A stretch of 62,973 bases of DNA, filler included, from Dimargaris cristalligena (Eukaryota): assembly GCA_003614675.1 (NCBI GenBank). It is 17 parts of 17 records of this genome, joined end to end, with 100 filler letters (N's around TTAATTAATTAA, not from the genome) between each part and the next. Parts side by side here need not be neighbours in the genome. Positions count along the whole stretch, not along the records: positions 1 to 3,652 come from ML003895.1; positions 3,753 to 7,395 come from ML003896.1; positions 7,496 to 11,124 come from ML003897.1; positions 11,225 to 14,854 come from ML003898.1; 13 more parts are not named here. One strand, 5' to 3'. A program made the position numbers and the translations under genes. A model generated the notes under the pieces. It had not been told where the DNA came from, did no database searches, and saw only the letters and a list, made by a program, of their open reading frames with translations. Below, in pieces: positions 1 through 11,858 of this stretch; position 1 is the stretch's first letter, and every line of letters starts with the position of its first letter.

Positions 1-469
1 ATGACTTATGACTTGCGAAATATTCCCCCGACTATGAAAACTTCCGCGAATTTTTTATGAATCTGCTTTTCTTCACCGTTTCTTTGATTCAAGCCCAATA
101 AAAGCAACATTAAACCCCCTAACCCTCACTAACCCTTGGCTTTTTTAATTATTTATACTGATTCATTACCACATGAGCTACAACTACAAGACCACTGCAC
201 CTCCACCTCCATAAGAATGCTACCTTTGACTGGGGGAGTGTGGTGAACTTACCACATTTTTACCTACCTTTAATTTGTTATCTATTTTTTGCACTTATCA
301 GATGTACACCCCTGATAAGTGAGTGTGCCCCTGCCCCTGCACCTAATAAGTATAGTCATTTTTCCTCTACTTTCATTAGTATAGTATTTTTTTCATTTAT
401 ATCTACAGGACCCATTTCACTTTTGAATCTGACCATGCCACCCTTCACTGGCTTATGGATACCTGTGAG

Positions 470-1900
470 CCTACTAGCAGGTCTGCTTGATGGATAATGT
501 ACCTCCAGCCATACTCATTTGACATTGTCCACAGAAAAGGGACAGATAACTTGGCTCCCAATGTCTTATATCAAATACCATAGAATCCCCCAGCCCCCAT
601 GACCAACCACATCCTCACTGCCAAATAAACTAACCTCCCCATCCTAAAGTTCTGGGACTATGAACCAGTGGTCCTAAAAGACCTCATTGATATCCCTGTA
701 AGCTTTATCAAAATGGGATACTTACTATCAAATATAACCCCTAAAGACTCATCCTAAATCAGTATTGCTGTGCCTTTATTTAACATTGGAGGGGACAATA
801 CTCCTTACATTACTTACTGAGGATTAAATAAACTCCACTGTGTCATTTGAGCAAAAGACACCAACTATATTATTATATTATACCATGGCTCTGCCCTTAT
901 GGGCCACCTAGGTGTTGCAAAAACTGACAATCTAATCCAACGGCACTACTTCTGGCATGGGATCACTCAATCAGTCTGAAACTTCATAGCTCAATGCCCC
1001 TACTGCCAAAAAAGTAACCCCTGATGTGACTATCTTGCCCTAAATACCTGGCTGGAGTCACATTCATTCTCCACTGTGGCACTCAACATTATAGACCCAT
1101 TTGAACAACCAATGGCCATGGGTAATCAGTACATCATCACTGCAATGGATCTCTCCTCCTTTTGGCCTGAGGCTCAGGCATTACCTGATAAAACATCACC
1201 TTTTGTTATTGACTTCTTCATTACCAATATTGTCTGTCAATTCAGCTGCCCCACCCAAATCTTAACAGATAATGGGCATGAATTTGATAACAATCTCATA
1301 CATGGTATATGTGAATGCCTGAACATTAACCACAACATCTCAGCACCATACTACCCATAAACCAATGGCCAACTCAAGAAGTACAATGGTACCCTGGTCC
1401 AGTAATTATGCCCACTCACCAAATAACATCAACAAGACTGGGATGAATTCCTCCCACAAGCCCTATTCACCTACCACATGAGCATACACACTGCAACCCT
1501 GAAGGAGCCCTCCTTAGTACTCTACTCCTTCAACCCCCAACTACCTGCCAAAGTCCTCTACCCTACTAACATCACTATAGGGCCATCTGTTACCAAAGAT
1601 TTCAAGGAATTATACTGGGAAGTCATTGCTACTTGATCTAAAGCCCAAGAATGCCACTTAAAGCATAAGGCCACTTCTGTACCCTTTGTTGAAGCTGAGC
1701 TCCCACTTGGAGCTATGGTCTTTTATGAAAACCATACTTGTACCAAGTCCTAACTCCCATGGCTGGGCCCCTTTATATTTGGGGCCTGCTCCCCACATAA
1801 TACTTACACCCTAGCCAATAGGGTTTGCCACATTTTCTGCCATCATGCCTCTCGTGAACTCACTAAATGCTCTCTGCCTATGCCTCCTGATCCCATGAGT
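470..1900 (+). mobile_element. Degenerate Ty3/gypsy pol (RNase H end and integrase)
   Basis: Reads as L-*WIMYLQPYSFDIVHRKGTDNLAP (RNase H C-terminus), GHLGVAKT..RHYFWHG..CPYCQK (integrase Zn domain), ILTDNGHEF..SAPYYP*TNGQLKKYNGTL (rve core) and WLGPFIF (GPF motif). Many stops; CpG nearly absent. Boundaries approximate. Confidence 0.9.
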
Positions 1901-3417
1901 CTGACCCACATCCTTAATGATGGACTGCAAGCTAACTAACCATCTACATCTTAGTTCTGAGATGTGATGTTTTATGTCCCTTGTCTAATGCGCATAATAC
2001 TATCAATGTGTCCCTCTGCATCTCTTTAATTATCTTTTAGCAGCTCGAGTCATTGCTGCCTTACATTCTTCCGGGGTATCCCAGCTCCACCACAACACAC
2101 CATAACCATGTCTTGCTTTCAGTAACCATAATCAATTCCTTACAAAAGAACTTCCTCAGTGGACATTGAAAAACGACAATCACCATCACCCCCAGCATTC
2201 CACACCATCACTGTTCTAGTTTTTCTACTTGTTTCCTTATTTTTACCTATTATTTTCCTATACCTCAAATAAACCTTCATCTTAACACCAACATTGACAT
2301 TGAATGAAGTGAGGTTCTCTCTAAACTCATATATCATTACAGATATTATATTACCATGCTAAACTTCTTAATTTCTCACCACTGATAGGCCATATATGAT
2401 TAATTACATTCCCACCTAGTGATATTGTACTGTTATCCACATACACATGATATCAGACTGTAATGGGGGGGAGGGTTACAGTGGACCAGGGTAATTACCA
2501 GTAGTGCTTTTATCCGAGTGGGGAGAGGGAAATATTGGGAACTTCCCTGGTAGAAACAAATTAGTAAAGTTTATATTAGTATTTTATTGAAACACGATTT
2601 TTTCCCCTTTTCGGGTTGTTTTAGGTTATTTTATACTTCCTGTTTGGCCGTGGTTTTCGCGACGATGGCTATTGCCCGAGCTCCACTCCGTGTGGGCCTG
2701 GGCAGCCTCTGGTCACGTGACAGTGGGGATTGTCGGAACGGGGACTCACCGCGCGGTTGCAAGACCATTCCATAGCTATTTTATTGTTTGCTGGTTGGGA
2801 ATTTAAATTGATTGTCATGAATTAACCCACTATGGCCCAGTATTTGTTTGATAATATATAGCTACTGGTTATAGAAGGGTGAGTGTAAACATGTCCCTGG
2901 AGTAGTAGCAATGGCCAACAAGTCCTATCTATACAATTGGAATAGGCCACCCCGTTAGGCTGATGGCATAAAGATTGGAAAGGTCAAATCGGCAAGGGCA
3001 CATGTGCCAATGTCCAAACAGGGTAGAGCAACTCCGAATGTTCGGACGAATAGGTCTTTAGGGCTAAAGCAATAAAACTGACACGGGCGAATGGGGCCTA
3101 ACTTCCGAAATGGGGATTCGCCATTTGCAAGAAAAGGGTCTCCAAGCATTTGGTCGTGGTTGGGCTTATACAGGGAATAGTATAGGCAGTGAAGGACGGC
3201 CATTACGGGGTTTATTAGGCACTGTATGTTAAAGGAATAGCAGGACCGGAGGTTCGGGCTGCAAAGTATTAAACTGATACAAAAATATTGACAGTCTTTA
3301 ATAGAATAGGTATTTCGTTGACAAAGGAACAGGTTTCAAATGGGGCACAAAGTAGAGGAATGGACGGCTGGTTCGTGCCATTCGGCAAACAAAGCTACAA
3401 ACTACATAGTCTAGTAA

Positions 3418-3652
3418 CTACGACGACTGCGAGCGCGTGTGTAACAGCCGCATCATGGCCAGGTCGGTATCGCCGCCGCACTGCTTGAGAACCCCGTATA
3501 CGTAGTCGTAATCGGAGTACCCCATATTCATCAATTGCTTGGTCCCTTCGTCGAGTTCGGCGAGAATGGCCGACTGAACCAGGGAATCAGACTTGTCGAC
3601 TGGGGGTAACTCCACCGAGTCCGCACTACTACGGGTGCTTCCGGTGCTTGGA
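3418..3652 (-). CDS. 3' end of a protein with a C-terminal UBA domain (5' truncated)
   Basis: Frame is open to the contig end. QLMNMGYSDYDYVYGVLKQCGGDTDLAMMRLL fits the UBA pattern (MG[FY]...GD..A...L). CpG-rich coding-like composition. Confidence 0.7.
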
Positions 3653-3752
3653 NNNNNNNNNNNNNNNNNNNNNNNNNNNNNNNNNNNNNNNNNNNNTTAA
3701 TTAATTAANNNNNNNNNNNNNNNNNNNNNNNNNNNNNNNNNNNNNNNNNNNN
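3653..3752. other. Artificial contig linker N44-TTAATTAATTAA-N44 (first of 16)
   Basis: Identical 100-nt spacer with stops in all six frames. Also at 7396, 11125, 14855, 18581, 22306, 26027, 29743, 33457, 37166, 40874, 44570, 48256, 51940, 55623 and 59305. Confidence 0.99.
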
Positions 3753-3949
3753 GTTGTGGTTACCAAGGACCGACCTTTTGAGCTTCCAAACAAGTATTTT
3801 TCATATTAGATTACTTTGGTTAAAAACTTTATAAAGTTAGTTTTATTAATATTTTCATTTGAGTGACAAACCAGTTCGCCTGGAGAAGCTACCCTGCCCT
3901 TTTGATATATTTTTGTTGTTCATTTTAGTGGCTTGACACCACCACACTG

Positions 3950-4264
3950 TGATAGCGGTCCCCATGGGGGGCCCAGTTATATATATGCAGGGGACTACTC
4001 CAAGGGAGGTCCCAAGGGGAAACTACATAACTAAGATAACAATAGGGAGGGCCGCATGGTCCTTGTATGAGCGGAGGCTTCTATGGGAACTGGAAGACAC
4101 TAAGATCACCTAGGAGTTAGTAGTGCGAACTCTGGGGGGGTCTGGTTGGTAAGATAATATATGATGTCCGGCCCATTAGGACTGGGGGTACAATATGGCA
4201 CTATATGGCCTACTATGATGGCAATCATTAGTGGATGGATTAGGTCAGATTAGGAGGGGCAACA
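3950..4264 (-). mobile_element. Partial LTR, family A
   Basis: GGGCCCAGTTATATATATGCAGGGGACTACTCC block and TAGGAGGGGCAACA end are shared with the other family A copies. Left edge approximate. Confidence 0.75.
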
Positions 4265-4948
4265 TATATTTAGCTAAATAATGATATTAAATATAAATGC
4301 AAGTAGTATTTGATGTATCTCTTACTTACTATAATATTACAAGAGTATAAAATAATAAATCGGAGCATCACTGATAAAAGAATATAAATATAGGATATGA
4401 TAAATAAAGTAATACTGTGGTTTACTACAAGTGACAAGTGGTCTTAGGTTCTACCACAACAGATCCAGTAATTCTAAAAACTATTATCTTCAAATGGGAT
4501 AAACTACACTAGGTTTCAGCCTGTGTTTAATTTACTCATTATGGAGCTGATCTGGACCTCCACAAAACACAGCAAAGGTAGGAGAGTGCCTTATGTCACC
4601 TAATAGTTGGTTAGACTAGTTCGTGAATCAAGAATGATCATGGGTATTGCTAACCCTTATCAGAACCCTCTCATACAAACATTTTTGGTCACATACCTTA
4701 GGAGTCTATGTCATGATCAGATCTGGCTTACACAAGTGCATCAATGGCAGTATTGATAAGGTATTCCATATAATCTTTACTAGAGTAAGTGGGTTGTAGA
4801 GGTACTTTGACCCACACCTAACCACTCAACCTCAAATACTTGTAATTGTGCTAAAGAATTTGTAGACAAGCACTAGCCCCATGGGTCACTTATTAGGATG
4901 AGGTGATCTTCAAGCTCCTCTAATATTATGGTAGGCTGGTATTAAGGC

Positions 4949-5171
4949 TGTTGGAATACTAAGGTTGTAAAGGAAATAAAACTGGAAGTAAGGGAAGAAA
5001 GTAGCTAGAGGACAGTAGGTACCTCTAGGTAGTTAGTTTTATTGAGTTGTAATTTCTGTAGAGTGAAATATAATTGGCTAACATGAATGATCTCATGATA
5101 GCAGAATAAACTAACATAATTGGGTAAAAATAGGATAGAATAAAGAACACGTAGGAACATATTCTTCAACA
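4949..5171. mobile_element. Solo LTR, family B (~223 bp)
   Basis: TGTTG...CAACA termini; homologous to copies at 16727, 35406, 45035 and 46788. Confidence 0.85.
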
Positions 5172-7997
5172 CCAGGCTCCTTTATGTTGAATAAGCATAG
5201 GACTTACATCTTAATTCGGCCCCAACCTAAGGTTCTCACTTTGCCCCATTGACATACTGTCGCCATTGAATCTACTACCGACCTCGCTTATAATCCCAAT
5301 ACAATTCCCGCTCGTAGAGGTATGCCTTTCGGGATAATAGTCAAACGAATAGCAATTATTATATGGAATGTACACGGTGGGCTATGGGGTGGAAACTGGG
5401 GGGGTCATACATAATCATATCAGTCGGAACTAAGCGGTGAGGGATTTTGGTGACATGGCTTGAACCATGAGTCGTATTGGCTGTGTACTTGTTTTGCTCT
5501 AAAATCTTTCCTACAATTAGACTACCATTTGAAGAACCCGGTTCAGGTGCCATCCCATTAAATCGGGCACTGAGTGGGGGCTGTTAACGAATAGAAGCCT
5601 AGGCAATATTATAGGTATATCGTTATAAAAAGAGATATACGCACTAGGTCCACGACTGTCAAGGTAGACGGGTATGATAAGTTCGCGAGGTACCCTTAGC
5701 ATAGGGTACCTTCGTCGTCGATCGACAGCCGGGATGCTCGGTCTCCTAATACATGTATAATTTAAGTCTTATAGCAATGCCGGGGTAGGCAAATTGGAAT
5801 ACAACTCCCGAGCTATAGGGCCGCTTAACGGGGGATTTGGTAGTCCAAATGATAGCCGCCAAACCCTTACTGGCATTTGGCGCCTAATAACAAATTCAAA
5901 ATAGTAAAGGCCAGTGCAGAATCAATTTTTTTAACTGAGGATGACTAGTTAATCGAATGGGTGCGGCTGGTGGAGGCAAGGGAGATTCGTCTAATTCGGC
6001 GAGCCTATATAAAAAACGGCGGAAAGACCAATGGAAGAACCACGAGATAGGAGTAGTTGACATTTATCTAGCCACCTCTCTATTAATCAATTGGGAATAA
6101 TACACAAATAAAAGGGTTTAGTGTATTCACGGTTCGGAATCTCATCTGAAGGCTCAATTAACGACAATCTGGTGTCTCTTTCTACCTATTCCTCTATTCA
6201 TTGCGCACACTTAACCCATTTGCGTCTAGTATGGCTACATTAGCAACCCCTGTCTTTGGAAATCCCCGACGCCAAATTACTGATATTCAAGTGATGCATA
6301 TTGTCCATTTTTGATTGCTTTAAAATGTATACATCCCCCCCGTAGCTACATAATGTCCAAGAAACTATTATTGTAAGCAGCCAATTCACTGAGATTAAAC
6401 ATTCTTGAGGATCCCTACTGCCCTAAATTGGCAATTGGTTCTTAATAGCCACCCGTAGTAGTTGTAGTATCCCTGTTAATACGAGGTGGCGGCTTAGTAT
6501 CAGTACTATCAATGATACCCAATTATTCAAAAAATGTATGTTCATCACGAATCCTATAGTTATTATTCGCCTCTAGAAATGCTTCTCATACTTGATAGAG
6601 ACCCTAGGACCGGCGGGTGCCCTAATTGGCATCCGAATGCTTCGCATAATGAATATTTATAACACTGTTAACCGGAATTGAAGTAGATGCTTCATTTATT
6701 CCACAGCGACCACAGTCCAATCTTACCAGCACGGCAAAAGGAATAAAGTAGCTCATCTCAGTAGTAGGGGTGTAGCGCCATGTCAGATTCAAATTCCTTG
6801 ACTCCCTAGATCCACGACTCAACCAATGTAATCGCCCATACAAATTACGACAGGCCTGGTGGTGGCTACTGCGGGTGGAAACCATAAATTACCTTGGTGG
6901 TAATACTGTAGCCTTTAATTTCCTCTGGTTTGGTTATGGCAACATCAACACTATTTATAGATATTTGCCGAGTCTACTAACAATGTGATATTCTGTTGTC
7001 GGCTGTCGAAAGGATTGCATTCCCGATGCAAATAGAAAACACTGAGATCCCCAAAGATAATCAATTATGCCTCCGCTATGTTAAGCTGCGGACATTCATC
7101 CCGGCCCTTGATGGAAGTTGTGACGTTATTTCAGTGCCAATTTGGGAAATAACCGCAACCACAAGCCTCACTAGCTCATGTATAAGTGTGGCCATTTAAT
7201 AAGCAACAGCAGTTCCAGTGACGAGAGTATCAGAAATAGAAATGCATAAGGTACTAAGCATGTGTAGTGCCATCCGGAGGTCAGCACTTATCCCCGGACT
7301 ATGGACAGCCAGTCCTCATTGTCAGGGCAGAATATGCCATGATATGGGTGAACTTCAACCCAACTGTATAAGATTTTACACAATATATGTATGGGNNNNN
7401 NNNNNNNNNNNNNNNNNNNNNNNNNNNNNNNNNNNNNNNTTAATTAATTAANNNNNNNNNNNNNNNNNNNNNNNNNNNNNNNNNNNNNNNNNNNNGCACT
7501 ATGACTTTCCCAAAGTCATGGAGGAGACCGCCGCGCTGCGCCGCGATGGCCCATGGCGCCGGGAGCGCGCCGGCTCGCCGGCCAGCTCCCCCATTGACGC
7601 ACGCGTCCGGGAGAGTTGGCGTTGGAGGGGGGTCGCACTGTTGAGGATGATTGAGGAGAGCCGCCGGCGACGCTTGACATTTGGGCTCGCATTCAATTAT
7701 CGGAGGACTTCAACCTTTTCACTCTCCCGATCATATCGCCACGAATTGTGCCCCGGAGAGGTCGCAAAAATCAAGCGAAGGATCCGAAACTTCACCTTCC
7801 TTTTTCCCGATCAAATCGCCACAACGCCACAAAAGGACCTCAAAGACAGGCACAACCATTCTCAAACCCTTATTTCTGGTGACCAAAAGCGGAATTCAGG
7901 AAATAAAAAATGTGATCTATGTATTGACGATGAGCGAATGAAGAATGTATAGAATGAAAAAAATATGAACCAGAACATGCAAAAGGGGGATGGGAAT

Positions 7998-9301
7998 CTA
8001 GTGCATCACGTCGACCGAGTCGAGCACGACCGTCTCCTTAATGTTGGGGTGAAGTCCGCCTCGCTTCCCCTTGCCGGAGAGATCGCCGGCAAAGCGGTTG
8101 CCGAACGGCGCAGGGAGCGGCCAGCCACTGCGACCGCCCGTCGAGACCCAGAGGCGGAAGAGGTGGCGTTGGAAGTTAGGGTCGGTCTTGCTGTCGACGT
8201 AGCCGGATCGTGCGTGGAGGTTTTGGTGGTTGTGAACGACTGGAGGACGATGTTGGGGTAATGCGATCAGATGGGGAAATTATCGATCAGAAAAATAAAA
8301 GAGGGGAGCGGGGTCGGATGCTCACATTGAATGTCACCGCGCTGAAGCTGCATCTGGATGCTATTCCGTTTGGCGGCCTCGATAACGGCGTCGTAGGCCC
8401 TGATGCGCTCGTCCGAAAGAGTGGGAACCTCCGCGTGCCGCGCAACGTTGATCATGTAGTCTCTGTCGAAGATGCCGAGGATGCGCCCCTTGTAGTTGTT
8501 GAACACGGGCGACTGGTAATAGGCCTTCTTGCCCTCGGGAACGTCCACCTTGCGGTCCCAGTAGATGTCGGAGCGGCACAGCTCGCGGAGCGCCGCCGGG
8601 TCGTTTTTTTGGAGGTCGTTGTAGATCGCGTGGGTCGAGGCCAGGAAGGAGCCGCCGCCGGACACTGCCGTGCGCCAGCAGAAGAGGGAGACGATGTCGC
8701 AAGAGTCGGTGTGGTAGTCGTTGAGCGCGTTCGTGGTGTAGAGGCGGACGTTCGGGTTGCTGGCATCGTTTCCGTGGTCCTGAAGCAAAGGGTAGAAAAA
8801 ACTGTGAGTAAAACCATCCAAGAAAAACGATCGGTGAGGGGAAGAAGCAGGAGAAGATTCAGACGCGCTCACCTTAACGTGACCGAGGATGTGGCCCCAA
8901 GCGTTCTGCGTGACGAACGGGCCATTGTGAGACATGATGCCCATGAAGATCTTGACTGCCTCCTCGCGAGAGTAGCGCTCTATCGGAACGCCGCGAATCA
9001 CCGAGAATCCGCGTCCCGCGACCAGGGTCTCGTAGTTCTTGGCGAGGTAGGGACCGAGGACCGGGAGAGGGAAGCTTTCGGGGCTGATTTTGTCGAGGGG
9101 GATGCCGGTGGACTCGAACGATCGCAGAGCCTGGTCGATGTCTTCGATTTCGGCGGGGGTGAGGTGGTGGATCCACTCCTCGGGGTGGGCCTGCATGAAC
9201 TTAGCGTCCCAGACGGTGGGGCCGGTGATTTTCTCGGGCCACTCCTCGAAGGGCGGGGAGATGGGGAGAGGCTCGACAATGGGGGTGGCGATGGGGGCCA
9301 T
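7998..9301 (-). CDS. TauD/TfdA (clavaminate-synthase-like) Fe(II)/2-oxoglutarate dioxygenase; exons 9301-8873, 8779-8326, 8239-7998; 374 aa
   Basis: GRGFSVIRG, HxD motif YHTDSCD, distal HNHQNLHAR and RHLFRLW. Two GTGAGC...CAG introns (93 and 86 nt) give a continuous frame. Confidence 0.9.
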
Positions 9302-11681
9302 GACGATTGGAGAATGGAGAGGAGAGGTGATTAGTGCGCGATGTTCCAAAAGGGGGGCGCTACCCGCATTTTAAAAGTCGGCGAATGTTGGAGGTGATTG
9401 ATGGGTTGCCGTCGCGGTCACCTCGTTTGCGCCCATTTGTTCGACAGGGGTAGGGGGTGGGGCTGTTGGGGGACTCCTGGGACTCCTTTGGCGGCCTCCA
9501 AAAAAATCCAAAAAAAAAATACAGAGTGACTGAGCAGCGAACGATTTGTTTCCGGCGATCCCTGACTTCCGCGTCTGTTGCTTCTCGACTTCGACCTCTG
9601 ATCCCTTCAACAGTCAAGACGTCATGGCTTGTCGAAACCAGCCGGGCGCACGCCGCAAGAAGAGTCGTTCAAGCCTCCTTTGCGGCGACACATCTCAGCC
9701 TCGCATCCACCACCCGCCACCCACCTCCCACATTTGGTCGAGGACACCAGGTTGGGAGTGCTTCATCATCTTTTTGGATCCAACCGGACCGCCACGTTCG
9801 ATTTTCGTGCATCGTCTGTGGCTGCTGATATCGGGGGGTCCGGGATGCAGCCAAATGTGAAAAGATCGGGCCAAAAAAATCAAAACTGGATGGCGAAACT
9901 TTGTTGAGGGAGAGATGAGAGCGTCATCCAACCTCGGATCCAACCGGACCCACATCATCGGGGCCTGGAATCGGGGGATGGGGCACTCCTCCGGGATGCA
10001 GCCTCCAAGTCCCGCAAGATTGGCCACTCCAAGTCCAACAAGATCGGCCAAGAAAGGCAAAAGTTGAAGGTCATTGCCTGTCATCGCCCACGCAAAGTCC
10101 TCCAAGCCCCTCATCTCATCTTCCCCGGTTGACGAGGACGCATCTGAGCCTCTCATCGCTTGCCTCAGATCCTTGGTGGAGGACAAAACTAACTACTTAC
10201 TTGGGCGTTTCGATTGCGTGATCATCATCCCGGATCTCCGCACCTCCTCTTCGCTCTTCTTGCGTTTGTCGTCGGCGGGGTCAGGATCAATCGCGGGTAA
10301 AAAAATCAAATTTACATGGATGGTAGAAGTTGAGTAGGCAGCTTTCCCTGATGAAGTGGGTCCAGACTCAAAGTACGCCTTTCTTGGGAGACAGCAGGCA
10401 TTCCTATGTTGCCCCACGACGATAAAATCCATGAATGCGTTAAGATAGAAGTTTGGGGACCCTGTAGGTCAAAGTTAGTTATTGAAGACTCAAAGATTCA
10501 TTATTGACGAAGATCTCTTCGGCGAAAGAAGGCAGAGGCGATGGGCGGGAGACCAAAGAGTGTCTTTGATGCAAAAACGTCGGAGCTCAGCGTGAAAGCT
10601 TACCTTTTGCACTTGAAACACTTGGCCCCGGTCAACTACCATTAAATTCACGGAGGCTGCGACATCTTCCAGTCCTCTGAAAGTCCTCTGCCCTCCGAGG
10701 CAATGCATTTTTCTATTCAAACATCCAAGCCACGAGCCCCAACATCGCCAACGCTGCCGCCGGCCACCCGTCGCAACAAATCGTTTCCCCATGGACTCCT
10801 GATGGACTCCGCCGAGAGCCCACATCCGATCAACAACCTCGCCTTGCCCGGTTGCCTGCCCACTTCCCGCATCAAAACTGACCAGGCCCCGTTCGTGAGC
10901 GTTGCGTAGTCCTTACCGACCTCCGATGCCCGCCACCATCATCGGCGAAGACTTTACCGTTCACCTCGTCCACAAACTGGCCAGTGGCCAAATCCTCACC
11001 ATTCCATGAGCATTCCTTGGCCCCGTTACGACCTCCGATGCCGTCACAGACGAAGCGTTTACCGTTCACCTCCAGGCGACGTTCACTTTGGTGCGCCGCC
11101 GACACTGGCCCCATAGACCATACANNNNNNNNNNNNNNNNNNNNNNNNNNNNNNNNNNNNNNNNNNNNTTAATTAATTAANNNNNNNNNNNNNNNNNNNN
11201 NNNNNNNNNNNNNNNNNNNNNNNNCCAGGGTTAGGTGCCGTAGGTCATAAGACACCTATTCATTATTCCTAACCATAATTTAATGACTATTATACTGTAA
11301 AAATTTACATTATAATAGACATCCATGAAGCCATTTGCTAAAAGGCAACAAAGGGAATAATGGGGTATGATAGCCATTCCTTGGTCAATTCTTAATATAC
11401 GCCACTGACAAGGGAATTGTTGACCCATACGGGTATTAGAATAGACACCTGATTTCAGACTATGTTGAAGAAGTAGTTAGGTACTGATGTAGCATCTGAT
11501 TAATAAAACCACCAGCAGATTATAAATAGGCAGCCCGCTGCTATCCATAATATCCTACCATTAACAACATATTTTGGATACACTTATCACATCCATTGTT
11601 ACCTTCCTTCCTTTTTCTCCCCTTGTCCTTTCACCTTCTCCTTGCCCCTCTCTCTCTCTCCTACCCCCTTCCCCCCCGTCA

Positions 11682-11858
11682 ATGGCCATACTTAGGCCTC
11701 TCCCTGCTACAATGCAGGAACCAATTCTGAATACCCACCCCCAGCAGGGTGGATTTGGGTATACCTCATTTTTATTGAGGGATTACCCCGCCTTCGACCC
11801 CCAGGCTGAGCTAATCAAGGCTGACCGGGGCCAGGCTAATGTCCCAGCCTCCAGTTGA
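11682..11858 (+). CDS. 58-aa peptide of unknown function, paralog of 15052-15273
   Basis: ATG follows a TATAAA (11521) and a pyrimidine-rich leader. C-terminal ~50 aa align without gaps to the second copy and end at the same stop. Confidence 0.55.
   Translation: MAILRPLPATMQEPILNTHPQQGGFGYTSFLLRDYPAFDPQAELIKADRGQANVPASS

Noticed and set aside
2465..2480. G-rich tract as the PPT of the gypsy relic
   Set aside because: Followed by TACA rather than a recognisable LTR start, and no second LTR copy is present to confirm it.
6200..6885. Possible pseudogene on the minus strand with TAG/TAA stops
   Set aside because: Stop density is near random for this composition and I recognise no protein motif.
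8210..9334. 374-aa plus-strand ORF
   Set aside because: Antisense shadow of the GC3-rich dioxygenase.
10912..11072. Imperfect direct repeat GACCTCCGATGCC...TTTACCGTTCACCTC
   Set aside because: Only two degenerate units near a contig end; no spacer array or supportable function.
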